From Candidatus Daviesbacteria bacterium (GTDB lineage: Bacteria > Patescibacteriota > Microgenomatia > Daviesbacterales > UBA10151): DNA of 64,000 nt. A program made the position numbers and the translations under genes. Under the pieces are notes generated by a model. That model saw only the letters and a program-made list of their open reading frames with translations, ran no database searches and was not told where the DNA came from. Positions 10,469 through 19,522 of the stretch are shown piece after piece. The stretch covers positions 404,550 through 468,549 of the forward strand of contig JAQUSJ010000001.1 in assembly GCA_028715175.1 (NCBI GenBank), read 5' to 3'. The stretch's first letter is position 1; each line of letters opens with the position of its first letter.

Positions 10469-11659
10469 ATGAAATTATTAATGCTTACACCCTACCTTCC
10501 TTATCCTCTTTTGACAGGAGGGCAAACGCGATCATTTAATTTAATTAAAAGACTTTCGGCGCTGGGACATGAAATAACCCTTTTTAGTCTGGTCAAAAGC
10601 AATGATGAAAGAAAGTATGTTGGGCAGCTCCAAAAGTTCTGCAGGGAAGTTCACGTTTTCTCCAGGTCCGAAAAACCGTGGATACCTAAAAATATTCTAA
10701 AGACCGGATTCAGCTTTTATCCTTTTTTAGTTATTAGAAATTGGGCTAAAGGGGAAAAGGCAGCGATTGAGCAAAAAATCAGGCATGAAAAATTCGATCT
10801 AATTCATGCTGAAACTTTTTATGTCATGCCGCATATCCCGAAAACGGAAATACCGATACTTTTGGTTGAGCAAACCATTGAACACCTGGTTTACCGGCAC
10901 TTTGCAGATGAATTTAAATTTCCGCTTTTGAAATTGCTGTTATACATAGATGTTTTAAAGATGAAATATTGGGAACTTTTATATTGGAAAAAAGCTAAAG
11001 CGGTTGTGGCAATGTCCGAGGAAGACAAAAAAATGATGATGAATGAGGTTTTGGGATTAGATGTTGATATCGTACCAAATGGGGTGGATAGCAAATTTTT
11101 CGGCGAATCTGTTATAGAAAAGGCAAAGGAACCGATCATACTTTATCTGGGGAATTTTACCTGGTTGCAGAATAGAGAAGCAGTCCAGATTTTATTAACT
11201 AAAGTATGGCCGAAAATTAAACAAGGATTACCAAAAGCAAAACTTTGGATTGTCGGCAAGGAAGCCGGAGATTTTTTCGCAGATTTGGCATCCGAAGATA
11301 TTTTAGTTTCGGAAATTGCGGACGTAAGAGAGGCTTATCAAAAAGCATCCATATTAGTTGCTCCAATATACGGCGGAGGGGGTACCAGATACAAAAACTT
11401 TGAAGCTTTTGCGTCAGGTTTACCGGTTGTTACCACCTCAATCGGCATAAGAGGGACAGATGCACAGGATGGTAAGGAAGTTATCATCAGGGATGATCCG
11501 GATGAGATCGCAAAGGCTGCCATTAAATTACTTAACGATAAAGCTCTTTCTAAAAGGATTGCTGAAAATGCAAAAAAGATGGTACGGGCAAAATATGATT
11601 GGGACCCTATTGCAAAAAAATTAAGTAATATATATGAAAATCTAGGTAAAAAAAATTAA
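10469..11659 (+). CDS. Glycosyltransferase family 1 (GT4)
   Basis: MKLLMLTPYLPYP...GGQTRSFNLIKRL is the GT4 N-domain; the C-domain has PIYGGGGTRYKNFEAFASGLPVVTT. ATG 10469 is preferred over the track start 10433. Confidence 0.85.
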   Translation: MKLLMLTPYLPYPLLTGGQTRSFNLIKRLSALGHEITLFSLVKSNDERKYVGQLQKFCREVHVFSRSEKPWIPKNILKTGFSFYPFLVIRNWAKGEKAAIEQKIRHEKFDLIHAETFYVMPHIPKTEIPILLVEQTIEHLVYRHFADEFKFPLLKLLLYIDVLKMKYWELLYWKKAKAVVAMSEEDKKMMMNEVLGLDVDIVPNGVDSKFFGESVIEKAKEPIILYLGNFTWLQNREAVQILLTKVWPKIKQGLPKAKLWIVGKEAGDFFADLASEDILVSEIADVREAYQKASILVAPIYGGGGTRYKNFEAFASGLPVVTTSIGIRGTDAQDGKEVIIRDDPDEIAKAAIKLLNDKALSKRIAENAKKMVRAKYDWDPIAKKLSNIYENLGKKN

Positions 11660-11663
11660 ATTT

Positions 11664-12782
11664 ATGCGAATAGTTATTGACGGGAGGATGTTTAATGAAT
11701 CGGGGGTAGGCCGGTATATCAGAAATTTAATTAACAATTTAGCGATTTTAGATAAAAAGAACGAATATTTTATTCTGCATCTGAAGGAAGATTATAAAAA
11801 TTTGGAATATCAGGATAATTTCCGCAAAATTTTAGCTAATTTCCGCTGGTATGGGATTGAGGAACAAATCAAGTTATCAGGATTAATAAAATCTCTGAAT
11901 CCAGCTTTGGTGCACTTCCCCCATTTCAATGTGCCGATTCGCTATGGCGGTAAATTTGTGGTAACCATTCACGATCTAATCCACCAGCATTTTAGTATGG
12001 AAAGATCAACTACTCATGGGCTGCTGGTTTATAAATTAAAGCGGTTAGGGTATAGAAAAGTTTTTACGACAGCAATTAATAAATCGCTGGCAATACTGGT
12101 ACCTTCTTATTTTGTTAAGGGTGAATTAATCAAGGATTGGGCAGTTTCAGAGGATAAAATATCAGTTACACATGAGGCAGTTGATGATAAATTATTTACT
12201 ATATTGAACGAAATGAAAATGGAAGATATAAAATCACTCAGAGATAAATTTAACATACGAAACCCTTATTTATTTTATGTAGGCAATGCCCATCCGCATA
12301 AAAATGTTGAAGGGTTGATCAGAGCGTTCGGGGTATTAAGGGAAAAGTACCCGGACTTAGGACTGGTGTTGTCCGGAAATGACCATTATTTTTGGCAAAA
12401 AATCAGGAAAGAATTTCAACAGGAAGGTGTTATTTATGCTGGTTCTGTTTCTGATGAAGAATTGGTCGGGCTTTATAAAGGCGCAACAGCGTTTGTCATG
12501 CCGTCTTTGGAAGAAGGATTCGGGATACCTATTTTGGAAGCTTTTGCCTGTGAGTGTCCGGTGATTTCTTCAAATAAAGGAAGTTTGCCGGAAGTAGGAG
12601 GGGATGCTGTTGTTTATTTTGATCCGGCTTCGCCGGATGATATGACGGCAAAAATTTCGCAAGTATTGGATGATAAAAAATTATGGCAGCAGTTGATAGA
12701 AAAAGGGTTGAAAAGATACAAACAATTTAGCTGGAAAAAATTAGCCCAGAAGACATTGGAGGTTTATCTAAAATGCGTGTAG
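11664..12782 (+). CDS. Glycosyltransferase family 1 (GT4)
   Basis: EEGFGIPILEAFACECPVISSNKGSLPEVGGDA. Confidence 0.85.
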   Translation: MRIVIDGRMFNESGVGRYIRNLINNLAILDKKNEYFILHLKEDYKNLEYQDNFRKILANFRWYGIEEQIKLSGLIKSLNPALVHFPHFNVPIRYGGKFVVTIHDLIHQHFSMERSTTHGLLVYKLKRLGYRKVFTTAINKSLAILVPSYFVKGELIKDWAVSEDKISVTHEAVDDKLFTILNEMKMEDIKSLRDKFNIRNPYLFYVGNAHPHKNVEGLIRAFGVLREKYPDLGLVLSGNDHYFWQKIRKEFQQEGVIYAGSVSDEELVGLYKGATAFVMPSLEEGFGIPILEAFACECPVISSNKGSLPEVGGDAVVYFDPASPDDMTAKISQVLDDKKLWQQLIEKGLKRYKQFSWKKLAQKTLEVYLKCV

Positions 12783-13819
12783 CTATTGTACATGATGATC
12801 TTGTTCAGTGGGGTGGAGCAGAAAGAGTTTTGCTTGGGCTTTCCGAGATTTATCCGGATGCGCCTATTTATACATCTGTGTTTGACCGTACCAATACTGC
12901 GTTATTGCGAAATTTTGGTACCAAAAAAGTTTATACTTCCTTTTTGCAAACAATACCCGGGTGGAAAAGTTTATATAAGGCACTACTCCCTTTTTACCCG
13001 ATAGCATTTGAACAATTTGATTTTTCCCGGTTTGATTTAGTCATTTCCCACACCACCCGTTTTGCTAAAAGTATTATTACAAAACCGCAAACTTTACATA
13101 TTTGTTATATGCATACGCCGCCGCGGTTTTTGTGGCATTTTTCCGGAGAGACAAATTTCGGCTTAGGGGAGATACTCCTGACGAAACTCAGGCTTTATGA
13201 TCAAGTTTCAGCCCATCGGGTGGACTATTTTTTAGCCGGTTCTGAGAATGCAAAAAAAAGAATTAAGAAAGTATATAACATAGAATCGAGAGTTGTTTAC
13301 CCGTTTGTGGATCTTGAACGGTTTAAAGATATTGAAAGTTTTGACGGAGGGTATTTTGTGATTATTTCAAGAGGTAATAAATACAAAAGAGTGGATTTGG
13401 CAATAAAAGCCTGTTTTGATTTAAGACTACCGTTAAAAGTCATCGGGGGATTCAGGGAATCCGGGAATTTTAAGAGAGTAGAGTTTTTAGGTAGTTTAGA
13501 TGATGAGACGGCAGTTAGTGTTTTAGCTGGATGTAGGGCATTAATTATTCCCGGGGTAGAAGATTTTGGATTAACCAGTTTAGAGGCTCAAACTTTGGGT
13601 AAGCCTGTTATAGCATTTAAAGAAGGAGGCGCTTTGGAAACTGTAATTCCAGGTAAAACAGGTATTTTTTTTGATGAGCAAACGGAAGAAAGTTTGGGCG
13701 ATGCGCTTCTGCGGTTAAATTCTCTGGGTATAGATCCACAAGATTGCATGAAGAATGCCGTAAGGTTTAGCAAAGAGGTGTTTATTAAAAATTTTAAAGC
13801 ACAAGTTGCTTCTTTGTAG
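12773..13819 (+). CDS. Glycosyltransferase family 1 (GT4)
   Basis: MRVAIVHDDLVQWGGAERVL N-terminus and GLTSLEAQTLGKPVIAFKEGGALETV C-domain. Confidence 0.8.
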   Translation: MRVAIVHDDLVQWGGAERVLLGLSEIYPDAPIYTSVFDRTNTALLRNFGTKKVYTSFLQTIPGWKSLYKALLPFYPIAFEQFDFSRFDLVISHTTRFAKSIITKPQTLHICYMHTPPRFLWHFSGETNFGLGEILLTKLRLYDQVSAHRVDYFLAGSENAKKRIKKVYNIESRVVYPFVDLERFKDIESFDGGYFVIISRGNKYKRVDLAIKACFDLRLPLKVIGGFRESGNFKRVEFLGSLDDETAVSVLAGCRALIIPGVEDFGLTSLEAQTLGKPVIAFKEGGALETVIPGKTGIFFDEQTEESLGDALLRLNSLGIDPQDCMKNAVRFSKEVFIKNFKAQVASL

Positions 13820-13835
13820 TACACTAAAACAACGC

Positions 13836-14465
13836 ATGATATATGATTTTCTAAAACGGATAACAGATATTATTGGATCTTTGACCGGTTTAATTATTCT
13901 TTCCCCCCTTCTTTTGTTGGTATCTTTGGCTATTAAACTTGATTCACTGGGTCCAATTATGGCTGATACGCCAATGAGAGCAGGTAAAGACGGTAAGCTT
14001 TTTAGCATCTATAAATTCCGTTCTATGGTCCAAAATGCTCACGAGATTTTGGAAAAAAACCCTAAGCTTCTGGAAGAATATAAGAAGAATAGTTACAAGA
14101 TATTTAATGATCCGCGCGTAACCAGGGTGGGAAAATTTATTAGAAAATATTCTATTGATGAATTCCCGCAATTTTTTAATATCCTAAAAGGGGAGATGAG
14201 TTTAGTGGGACCAAGGGCGTATTATCCTTATGAGTTGGAAGAGCAACAAAGAAATTACCCGCAATCAAGAAAATATGTTAAGATTATTTTATCCGGCAAA
14301 CCCGGTTTAACCGGGGTATGGCAAGTGACCGGCAGGTCGGAGATTAATTTTGATAAACGGGTGAAGATGGATGCGGATTATGTAAAAAGAAAATCTATTC
14401 TTTATGATTTTTGGTTGATACTCAAAACTATCCCTGCTGTAATATCCGGAAGAGGGGCAGTGTAA
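13836..14465 (+). CDS. Initiating sugar-phosphate transferase (bacterial sugar transferase, WbaP/PglC family)
   Basis: Single N-terminal TM. KFRSM, DEFPQFFNILKGEMSLVGPRA and GLTGVWQV signature motifs. Confidence 0.85.
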   Translation: MIYDFLKRITDIIGSLTGLIILSPLLLLVSLAIKLDSLGPIMADTPMRAGKDGKLFSIYKFRSMVQNAHEILEKNPKLLEEYKKNSYKIFNDPRVTRVGKFIRKYSIDEFPQFFNILKGEMSLVGPRAYYPYELEEQQRNYPQSRKYVKIILSGKPGLTGVWQVTGRSEINFDKRVKMDADYVKRKSILYDFWLILKTIPAVISGRGAV

Positions 14466-16316
14466 ATGGACAAGAGATATTTAAAGAAAAGTTCAAATAA
14501 AGCCAGGAAAAGATTAGTAGTTATTTTAGTTATCCTGGCCATCGCTTTAATAGTGCCGTCAATTTTTACTTACTTAGGGCTAAAAAGCGCTATGTCCCAT
14601 GGCAAGGGGTTAGTGGCTGCATATAAAAATCAGCAATTTGAAAGTTTAAGGACGGAAGTTACTGCTTCGAAAAACGGAATGCAGGGAGCTAATATATCTT
14701 TGGGCTTTTTGTTTTGGCTGCGACTTATTCCTTTTCTGGGCGGTTATTATTCGGATGCAAAGGGTTTTGTGGGGGCCGGAGCAGAAGCGCTTGTTGCTTT
14801 GGATACGGTTCTTATCAACCTAGAATCTGCAAAAGACGAGTTGGGTTTTAACGGTTATCCAAAAAGCGGACCCGAAAGGGTGACACAGGCAGCAAATATT
14901 TTAAATAAATCACTCCCCTTTTTAGATAAAATACAGGTTAATCTAGCTAAAGCAGGAGACAGCGTCAAAAATATTGATACGGGTAAATATCCTGATAAAA
15001 TTGGCGCTATTTCTATTAGGAAAAATGTTGAAGTGGTGAAGAATTTTGTTTTGGGTGCTTCGGTGGCAATAAAAGAAGGCAGGCCGGCTTTAATGGCGAC
15101 TCCCAAGCTTTTAGGTATACCGGAAAGTAAAAATTATCTTTTGCTTTTTCAAAACGATAAAGAAATCCGGCCTACCGGAGGATTTATGACTGCTTACGCA
15201 ACATTAACAATCAATAACGGGCAAGTCAGCGCCACTACTTCGGATGATATATACAGGCTTGACGAGAAATTGCTAAACGTTTGTTTGACCAAAATTTGCT
15301 CCTTGTCCCCCCCTGCACCAATTGTAAAGTATTTACCGGAAGTTTCAGGAAAACCAAGAACTGCCTGGAGTATGAGGGATTCAAATATCTCACCTGATGT
15401 GTCCTCTTCTGCTAAAGAATTTGAAAGGATGTATCAGCTTCTAGGAGAAGGTTTGCCTTTTGACGGAATTATATTTATTGATACACAAGTAGTTGAGGAG
15501 CTGATTGAAGTTACCGGATCGATTGACGTATTTGGGACAAAATATTCTGCGGAAGTTGATAAAAGGTGTAATTGTCCGAACGTGATTTATGAGCTGGAAT
15601 CTTATGCAGAAATCGCGGCAAAAGGAGAAAAGGATAGAAAAGCAATCTTAGGAGTACTGATGCAACAGATTTTGGCCCGGTCAGTCGGGGCAGATGTTGA
15701 AAAATTACCGCAACTGGTTGAAACAATTGCCAGGCTGGCAAACCATAAGCATATCATGTTTTATATGCATGATGAGGTGTCGCAGAGCGCTTTAGCTAAA
15801 TTAAACTGGACAGGGGAAATTAAAAGTTACGGCGGGGATTACCTGCATATAAACGATTCAAACTTTGCAGGCGGGAAATCTAATTTGTATGTTGAGCAAA
15901 AAGTTACCCAGGAGATAAATATCCAAAAGGATGGGACGGTTAAGAAAAAAATTACTATTGAGTATAAAAATGATCAACCTTTTGGAATTTGGTTAAACGG
16001 GATAAACAGGGATTATGTCAGGTTTTATGTGCCGAAAGGAAGTAAGCTCGTATCTTCCAGGGGTTCGGAAGATACGGTTAACACCATAGAAGATTTAGAT
16101 AAAACAGTCTTTGAGGCGTTTATCCAGGTCAGGCCGCAAAACACCAGGAAGTTAGAGATGGAGTTTACTTCACCTTATAATCCCAAGGGAGAGTATAAAA
16201 TTATGATCCAAAAACAACCGGGGGCTAAGGATTTCCGCTATATTATTAAAATCAACGGTTCAACCAAAGCAGACTTTAAATTAGACCAGGACAGGGAATT
16301 TAAGTTTAATATTTAA
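14466..16316 (+). CDS. DUF4012-like membrane-anchored protein
   Basis: N-terminal basic stretch plus TM. Central LLFQNDKEIRPTGGFMTAYATL resembles the DUF4012 core as I recall it. Confidence 0.5.
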   Translation: MDKRYLKKSSNKARKRLVVILVILAIALIVPSIFTYLGLKSAMSHGKGLVAAYKNQQFESLRTEVTASKNGMQGANISLGFLFWLRLIPFLGGYYSDAKGFVGAGAEALVALDTVLINLESAKDELGFNGYPKSGPERVTQAANILNKSLPFLDKIQVNLAKAGDSVKNIDTGKYPDKIGAISIRKNVEVVKNFVLGASVAIKEGRPALMATPKLLGIPESKNYLLLFQNDKEIRPTGGFMTAYATLTINNGQVSATTSDDIYRLDEKLLNVCLTKICSLSPPAPIVKYLPEVSGKPRTAWSMRDSNISPDVSSSAKEFERMYQLLGEGLPFDGIIFIDTQVVEELIEVTGSIDVFGTKYSAEVDKRCNCPNVIYELESYAEIAAKGEKDRKAILGVLMQQILARSVGADVEKLPQLVETIARLANHKHIMFYMHDEVSQSALAKLNWTGEIKSYGGDYLHINDSNFAGGKSNLYVEQKVTQEINIQKDGTVKKKITIEYKNDQPFGIWLNGINRDYVRFYVPKGSKLVSSRGSEDTVNTIEDLDKTVFEAFIQVRPQNTRKLEMEFTSPYNPKGEYKIMIQKQPGAKDFRYIIKINGSTKADFKLDQDREFKFNI

Positions 16317-16339
16317 CTTATTATGGTAAACTGCATGTT

Positions 16340-17008
16340 ATGCAAGGGGTTAGGGTTGAGGGGATTATCTTAAAAAGAAAGAATTTAGGGGAAGCGGATA
16401 GGATTTTGACTGTTTTTACATATCAAAAAGGTAAAATTTCGATTCTAGCTAAAGGAGTAAGAAGAATTACCTCCAGAAGATCCGGCAATGTTGAACTTCT
16501 AAATAGGGTTTCTATGTATTTGCACCAAGCTAAAACATTTCTGATTTTAACAGAAGCCTCCAGTTTAGATACATATCAAAAACTTAAAGAAGATTTAACG
16601 CTTTCTACGTATGCTTTTCATATTGTGGAGTTAGTTGATAAACTAACTGCGGAAAACCAGGAAAGCAGGATTTTGTATGAAGATTTGGTTAATGTTTTAC
16701 AAAGATTGTCCAGGAATCCCAGACAGATTTTGGTTAGGGCTTTTGAGGCAAAGATACTTTCACTCTTAGGTTTTATGACATTTCGAAGCTCCACCCCGGG
16801 AGTGTCAATACAAATCCACCCCAGGGGTGGATTAGGTGGACACCAGGGGAATCTATTAGGAAATTTAGAGGAAATGAGTTGGGATGAGATTGAGAAGCTA
16901 AAGATCAATGGAAAACAGGCTCTGGAATTGGAACGCTTACTGCGATATCATGTAGAAAGAGTGATAGAAGGGAGATTGAAAAGCAGACAGCTATTAAGGA
17001 AATTATGA
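16340..17008 (+). CDS. recO: DNA repair protein RecO
   Basis: N-terminal OB-fold signature (GIILKRKNLGEADRILTVFT...GKISILAKGVRR). Size about 220 aa. Confidence 0.8.
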   Translation: MQGVRVEGIILKRKNLGEADRILTVFTYQKGKISILAKGVRRITSRRSGNVELLNRVSMYLHQAKTFLILTEASSLDTYQKLKEDLTLSTYAFHIVELVDKLTAENQESRILYEDLVNVLQRLSRNPRQILVRAFEAKILSLLGFMTFRSSTPGVSIQIHPRGGLGGHQGNLLGNLEEMSWDEIEKLKINGKQALELERLLRYHVERVIEGRLKSRQLLRKL

Positions 17009-18309
17009 ATAATGATTTAATGGATAAAATTGTGGCGCTTTGCAAAAGGAGAGGATTTATTTATCCCGGCTCCGAAATATACGGAGGATTGGCAAATTCC
17101 TGGGATTATGGTCCTTTAGGGGTTGAGCTTAAGAATAATATTAAACAGGCCTGGTGGAAAAGGTTTGTGCATCTAAGAGAAGATATTGTCGGCATTGATG
17201 CAGCTTTAATCATGAATCCAAAAGTTTGGGAAGCTTCCGGACATGTGGCAAATTTCCAGGATCCGCTAATAGAGTGTAAAAAATGCCATGAGCGGTTTAG
17301 GGCAGATCATATTAATGATGGAGGTTGTCCAAGTTGCGGAGCAAAGTCGTTTACTTCCGAGCGGATGTTTAATTTGATGTTTAAGACATATATTGGTCCG
17401 GCAGAAGAGTCCTCCAATATAGCATATTTTCGGCCGGAAACTGCCCAGGCTATGTTTGTGGATTTTAAGAGTGTTTGTGATACCACCAGGATGAGATTGC
17501 CTTTTGGAATTGCCCAAACCGGTAAAGCTTTCAGAAACGAAATTACTCCCGGGAATTTTATTTTTAGGACCAGGGAATTTGAACAGATGGAAATTGAATA
17601 TTTTATATCTCCTCCAAAAAATGATAGTGACTGGCAGGGTTCTTTTGAACTTTGGAGGAAGGAGATATTAAGCTGGATTAAGGACGATTTGGGGGTGGAT
17701 ATGAATAAGATACATGAACATGAGATTGAAGCAGGGGAAAGGGCCCATTATTCAAAGAGGACAATTGATTTTGAGTATGATTTCCCCTTTGGCTGCAGCG
17801 AATTATACGGACTTGCTTACCGGACTGATTTTGATTTGAAAAACCATGAGAGATTTTCAGGGCAAAATTTAAAATATAAAGACCCGGAAACCGGTGAGGA
17901 ATTTGTACCACATGTGATAGAACCTACCTGGGGGGTGGATAGATCCGTGTTGGTTGTATTACTGGATGCTTATAGTGAAAAAGAGGAAAGAGTTGTTTTG
18001 AAACTTCAACCGAAGCTTGCTCCGTATAAAGCAGCTGTATTTCCGCTTCTTGCCAATAAACCTGAACTAATAAAGCTTGCCCGTAAGGTTTATCTTGACC
18101 TCAAACAAAATTTAATGATAGCTTGGGATGATAGGGGTAATATCGGAAAAAGGTATGCATCACAAGATGAGATCGGTACCCCGTTTTGTATAACAGTGGA
18201 TTTCCAAAGTTTGGAAGATTTGACGGTTACCGTAAGAGACAGGGATACAACTAAACAGGATAGAGTGAAAATTGCCGATCTTATGAAATATTTTACAGAA
18301 AAAATCTAA
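17005..18309 (+). CDS. glyQS: Glycine--tRNA ligase (dimeric alpha2 type)
   Basis: RRGFIYPGSEIYGGLANSWDYGPLGVELKNNIKQAWW is the diagnostic N-terminus of class-II GlyRS. Translationally coupled to recO. Confidence 0.9.
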   Translation: MNNDLMDKIVALCKRRGFIYPGSEIYGGLANSWDYGPLGVELKNNIKQAWWKRFVHLREDIVGIDAALIMNPKVWEASGHVANFQDPLIECKKCHERFRADHINDGGCPSCGAKSFTSERMFNLMFKTYIGPAEESSNIAYFRPETAQAMFVDFKSVCDTTRMRLPFGIAQTGKAFRNEITPGNFIFRTREFEQMEIEYFISPPKNDSDWQGSFELWRKEILSWIKDDLGVDMNKIHEHEIEAGERAHYSKRTIDFEYDFPFGCSELYGLAYRTDFDLKNHERFSGQNLKYKDPETGEEFVPHVIEPTWGVDRSVLVVLLDAYSEKEERVVLKLQPKLAPYKAAVFPLLANKPELIKLARKVYLDLKQNLMIAWDDRGNIGKRYASQDEIGTPFCITVDFQSLEDLTVTVRDRDTTKQDRVKIADLMKYFTEKI

Positions 18310-19200
18310 ATGGAAAAGATAAAATCTTTGTTTTTTGCGCATAAGACTACAGTGATTTTGGTGGTGGTACTTATTTTATTAGGAGGAGGGGGACTGGTAG
18401 CTTTTCAAAAGTTTACAGCCAAACCGACAGGACTCATTGAAGAAGTTGATCTTTTTTTTGATCCTGAAGGTCCTTATGCCACACTCTTTCCAAGACGTGA
18501 CGGGAACGCTCTAGTTTTAAACCTTAAAAGAACAAGTTCCTATGACGCTATTACTTATGAACTTGCCTATACCAGCAGTCCCGATGAAACAGTAGTCAAA
18601 GGCAACAAAATTATGGATGATGGTGAAGACAACAAGACTGGCGGCTCAATAGACCGGGGGGTGCAAGGGACGATTGATACCAAAGATAAAAAGGGAGAGT
18701 ATGAGCAGGAAATTTTATTCGGGACTTGCAGTAAAAATGTTTGCAAATATGACCAAGGTGTCGAAAACGGGACTTTAACTTTGCATATCAAAAAGGGCAA
18801 TAAAGCTTACAGGATGGTGACGCAATGGCATCTGCAAAAACCTGATGTGGCTTTGGGGAATTTAACTTCTGGTGACGGACATTTAATCTACAAAATAGAT
18901 GGTGATAGGCAAACTTTATCAAATATAGGATTTTCAATAATTAACGATCTAACCGGTGTACCAAAACTGCCTTCAGGAAAGCAGGTTTCAGGTAAGGTTT
19001 ATTCCCTGAATGTGCCAATTGCTAAGCAGTTGACCAATGGTTCAGTCAGTTTGGAACTGGCAGAGAGTCCGCCTGATGGAGCAAAGATTTACCGGTATGA
19101 TAATGAATGGAAAGAGCTGGATACAAAGATAGATGGTAGCAAATTATCCACCAGGACAGATGGCGCAGGGATATTTGCAGTTTTGGTTTCTTCAAAATAA
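18310..19200 (+). CDS. Hypothetical membrane-anchored extracytoplasmic protein
   Basis: N-terminal TM (VILVVVLILLGGGGLVAF). Remainder hydrophilic, no motif recognised. Confidence 0.5.
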   Translation: MEKIKSLFFAHKTTVILVVVLILLGGGGLVAFQKFTAKPTGLIEEVDLFFDPEGPYATLFPRRDGNALVLNLKRTSSYDAITYELAYTSSPDETVVKGNKIMDDGEDNKTGGSIDRGVQGTIDTKDKKGEYEQEILFGTCSKNVCKYDQGVENGTLTLHIKKGNKAYRMVTQWHLQKPDVALGNLTSGDGHLIYKIDGDRQTLSNIGFSIINDLTGVPKLPSGKQVSGKVYSLNVPIAKQLTNGSVSLELAESPPDGAKIYRYDNEWKELDTKIDGSKLSTRTDGAGIFAVLVSSK

Positions 19201-19201
19201 G

Positions 19202-19348
19202 TAAGCAGCTTGTCGCACTACAAAAAATCGCTCGTACGGTAGAGACTTACTCGCTTGTGAGGATTTTGTGGAAAGCAATTTCAAGATTCTGAAATAAGTT
19301 AAGCACAAAATCCTCAACATTTTTTGTTAGTTTGCGACTTCGCTACTT
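19202..19348 (+). repeat. Structured intergenic repeat, copy A: long nested inverted repeats with an embedded intrinsic terminator (stem GAGGATTTTGTG/CACAAAATCCTC + T-tract, 19259-19326)
   Basis: Near-identical 5' (about 40 nt) and 3' (about 80 nt) segments recur at 34184-34356. Confidence 0.7.
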
Positions 19349-19388
19349 AGTCTGATAGATGTAAATTTTACCCCTTGACAAGTTAGTA

Positions 19389-19444
19389 GAAAATGGCAGA
19401 AAATGGTTATAGATGGTGAAAAAGGGTGATCCGTCAGCTGACGG
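19389..19444 (+). promoter_or_regulatory. Putative MraZ operator: four 10-bp phased direct repeats (AGAAAATGGC / AGAAAATGGT / TATAGATGGT / GAAAAAGGGT) followed by palindrome CCGTCAGCTGACGG; TTGACA at 19375-19380
   Basis: ATGG/AGGG cores at 19393, 19403, 19413 and 19423 show exact 10-bp periodicity, about 95 nt upstream of mraZ. Confidence 0.5.
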
Positions 19445-19522
19445 ACCCTAAGATATCTGCCCAGAAAGTCCGCCTTCGTCTCGATTGATCGGGACTTCGG
19501 TCGGGTAAAAGAGGATGTCCTC

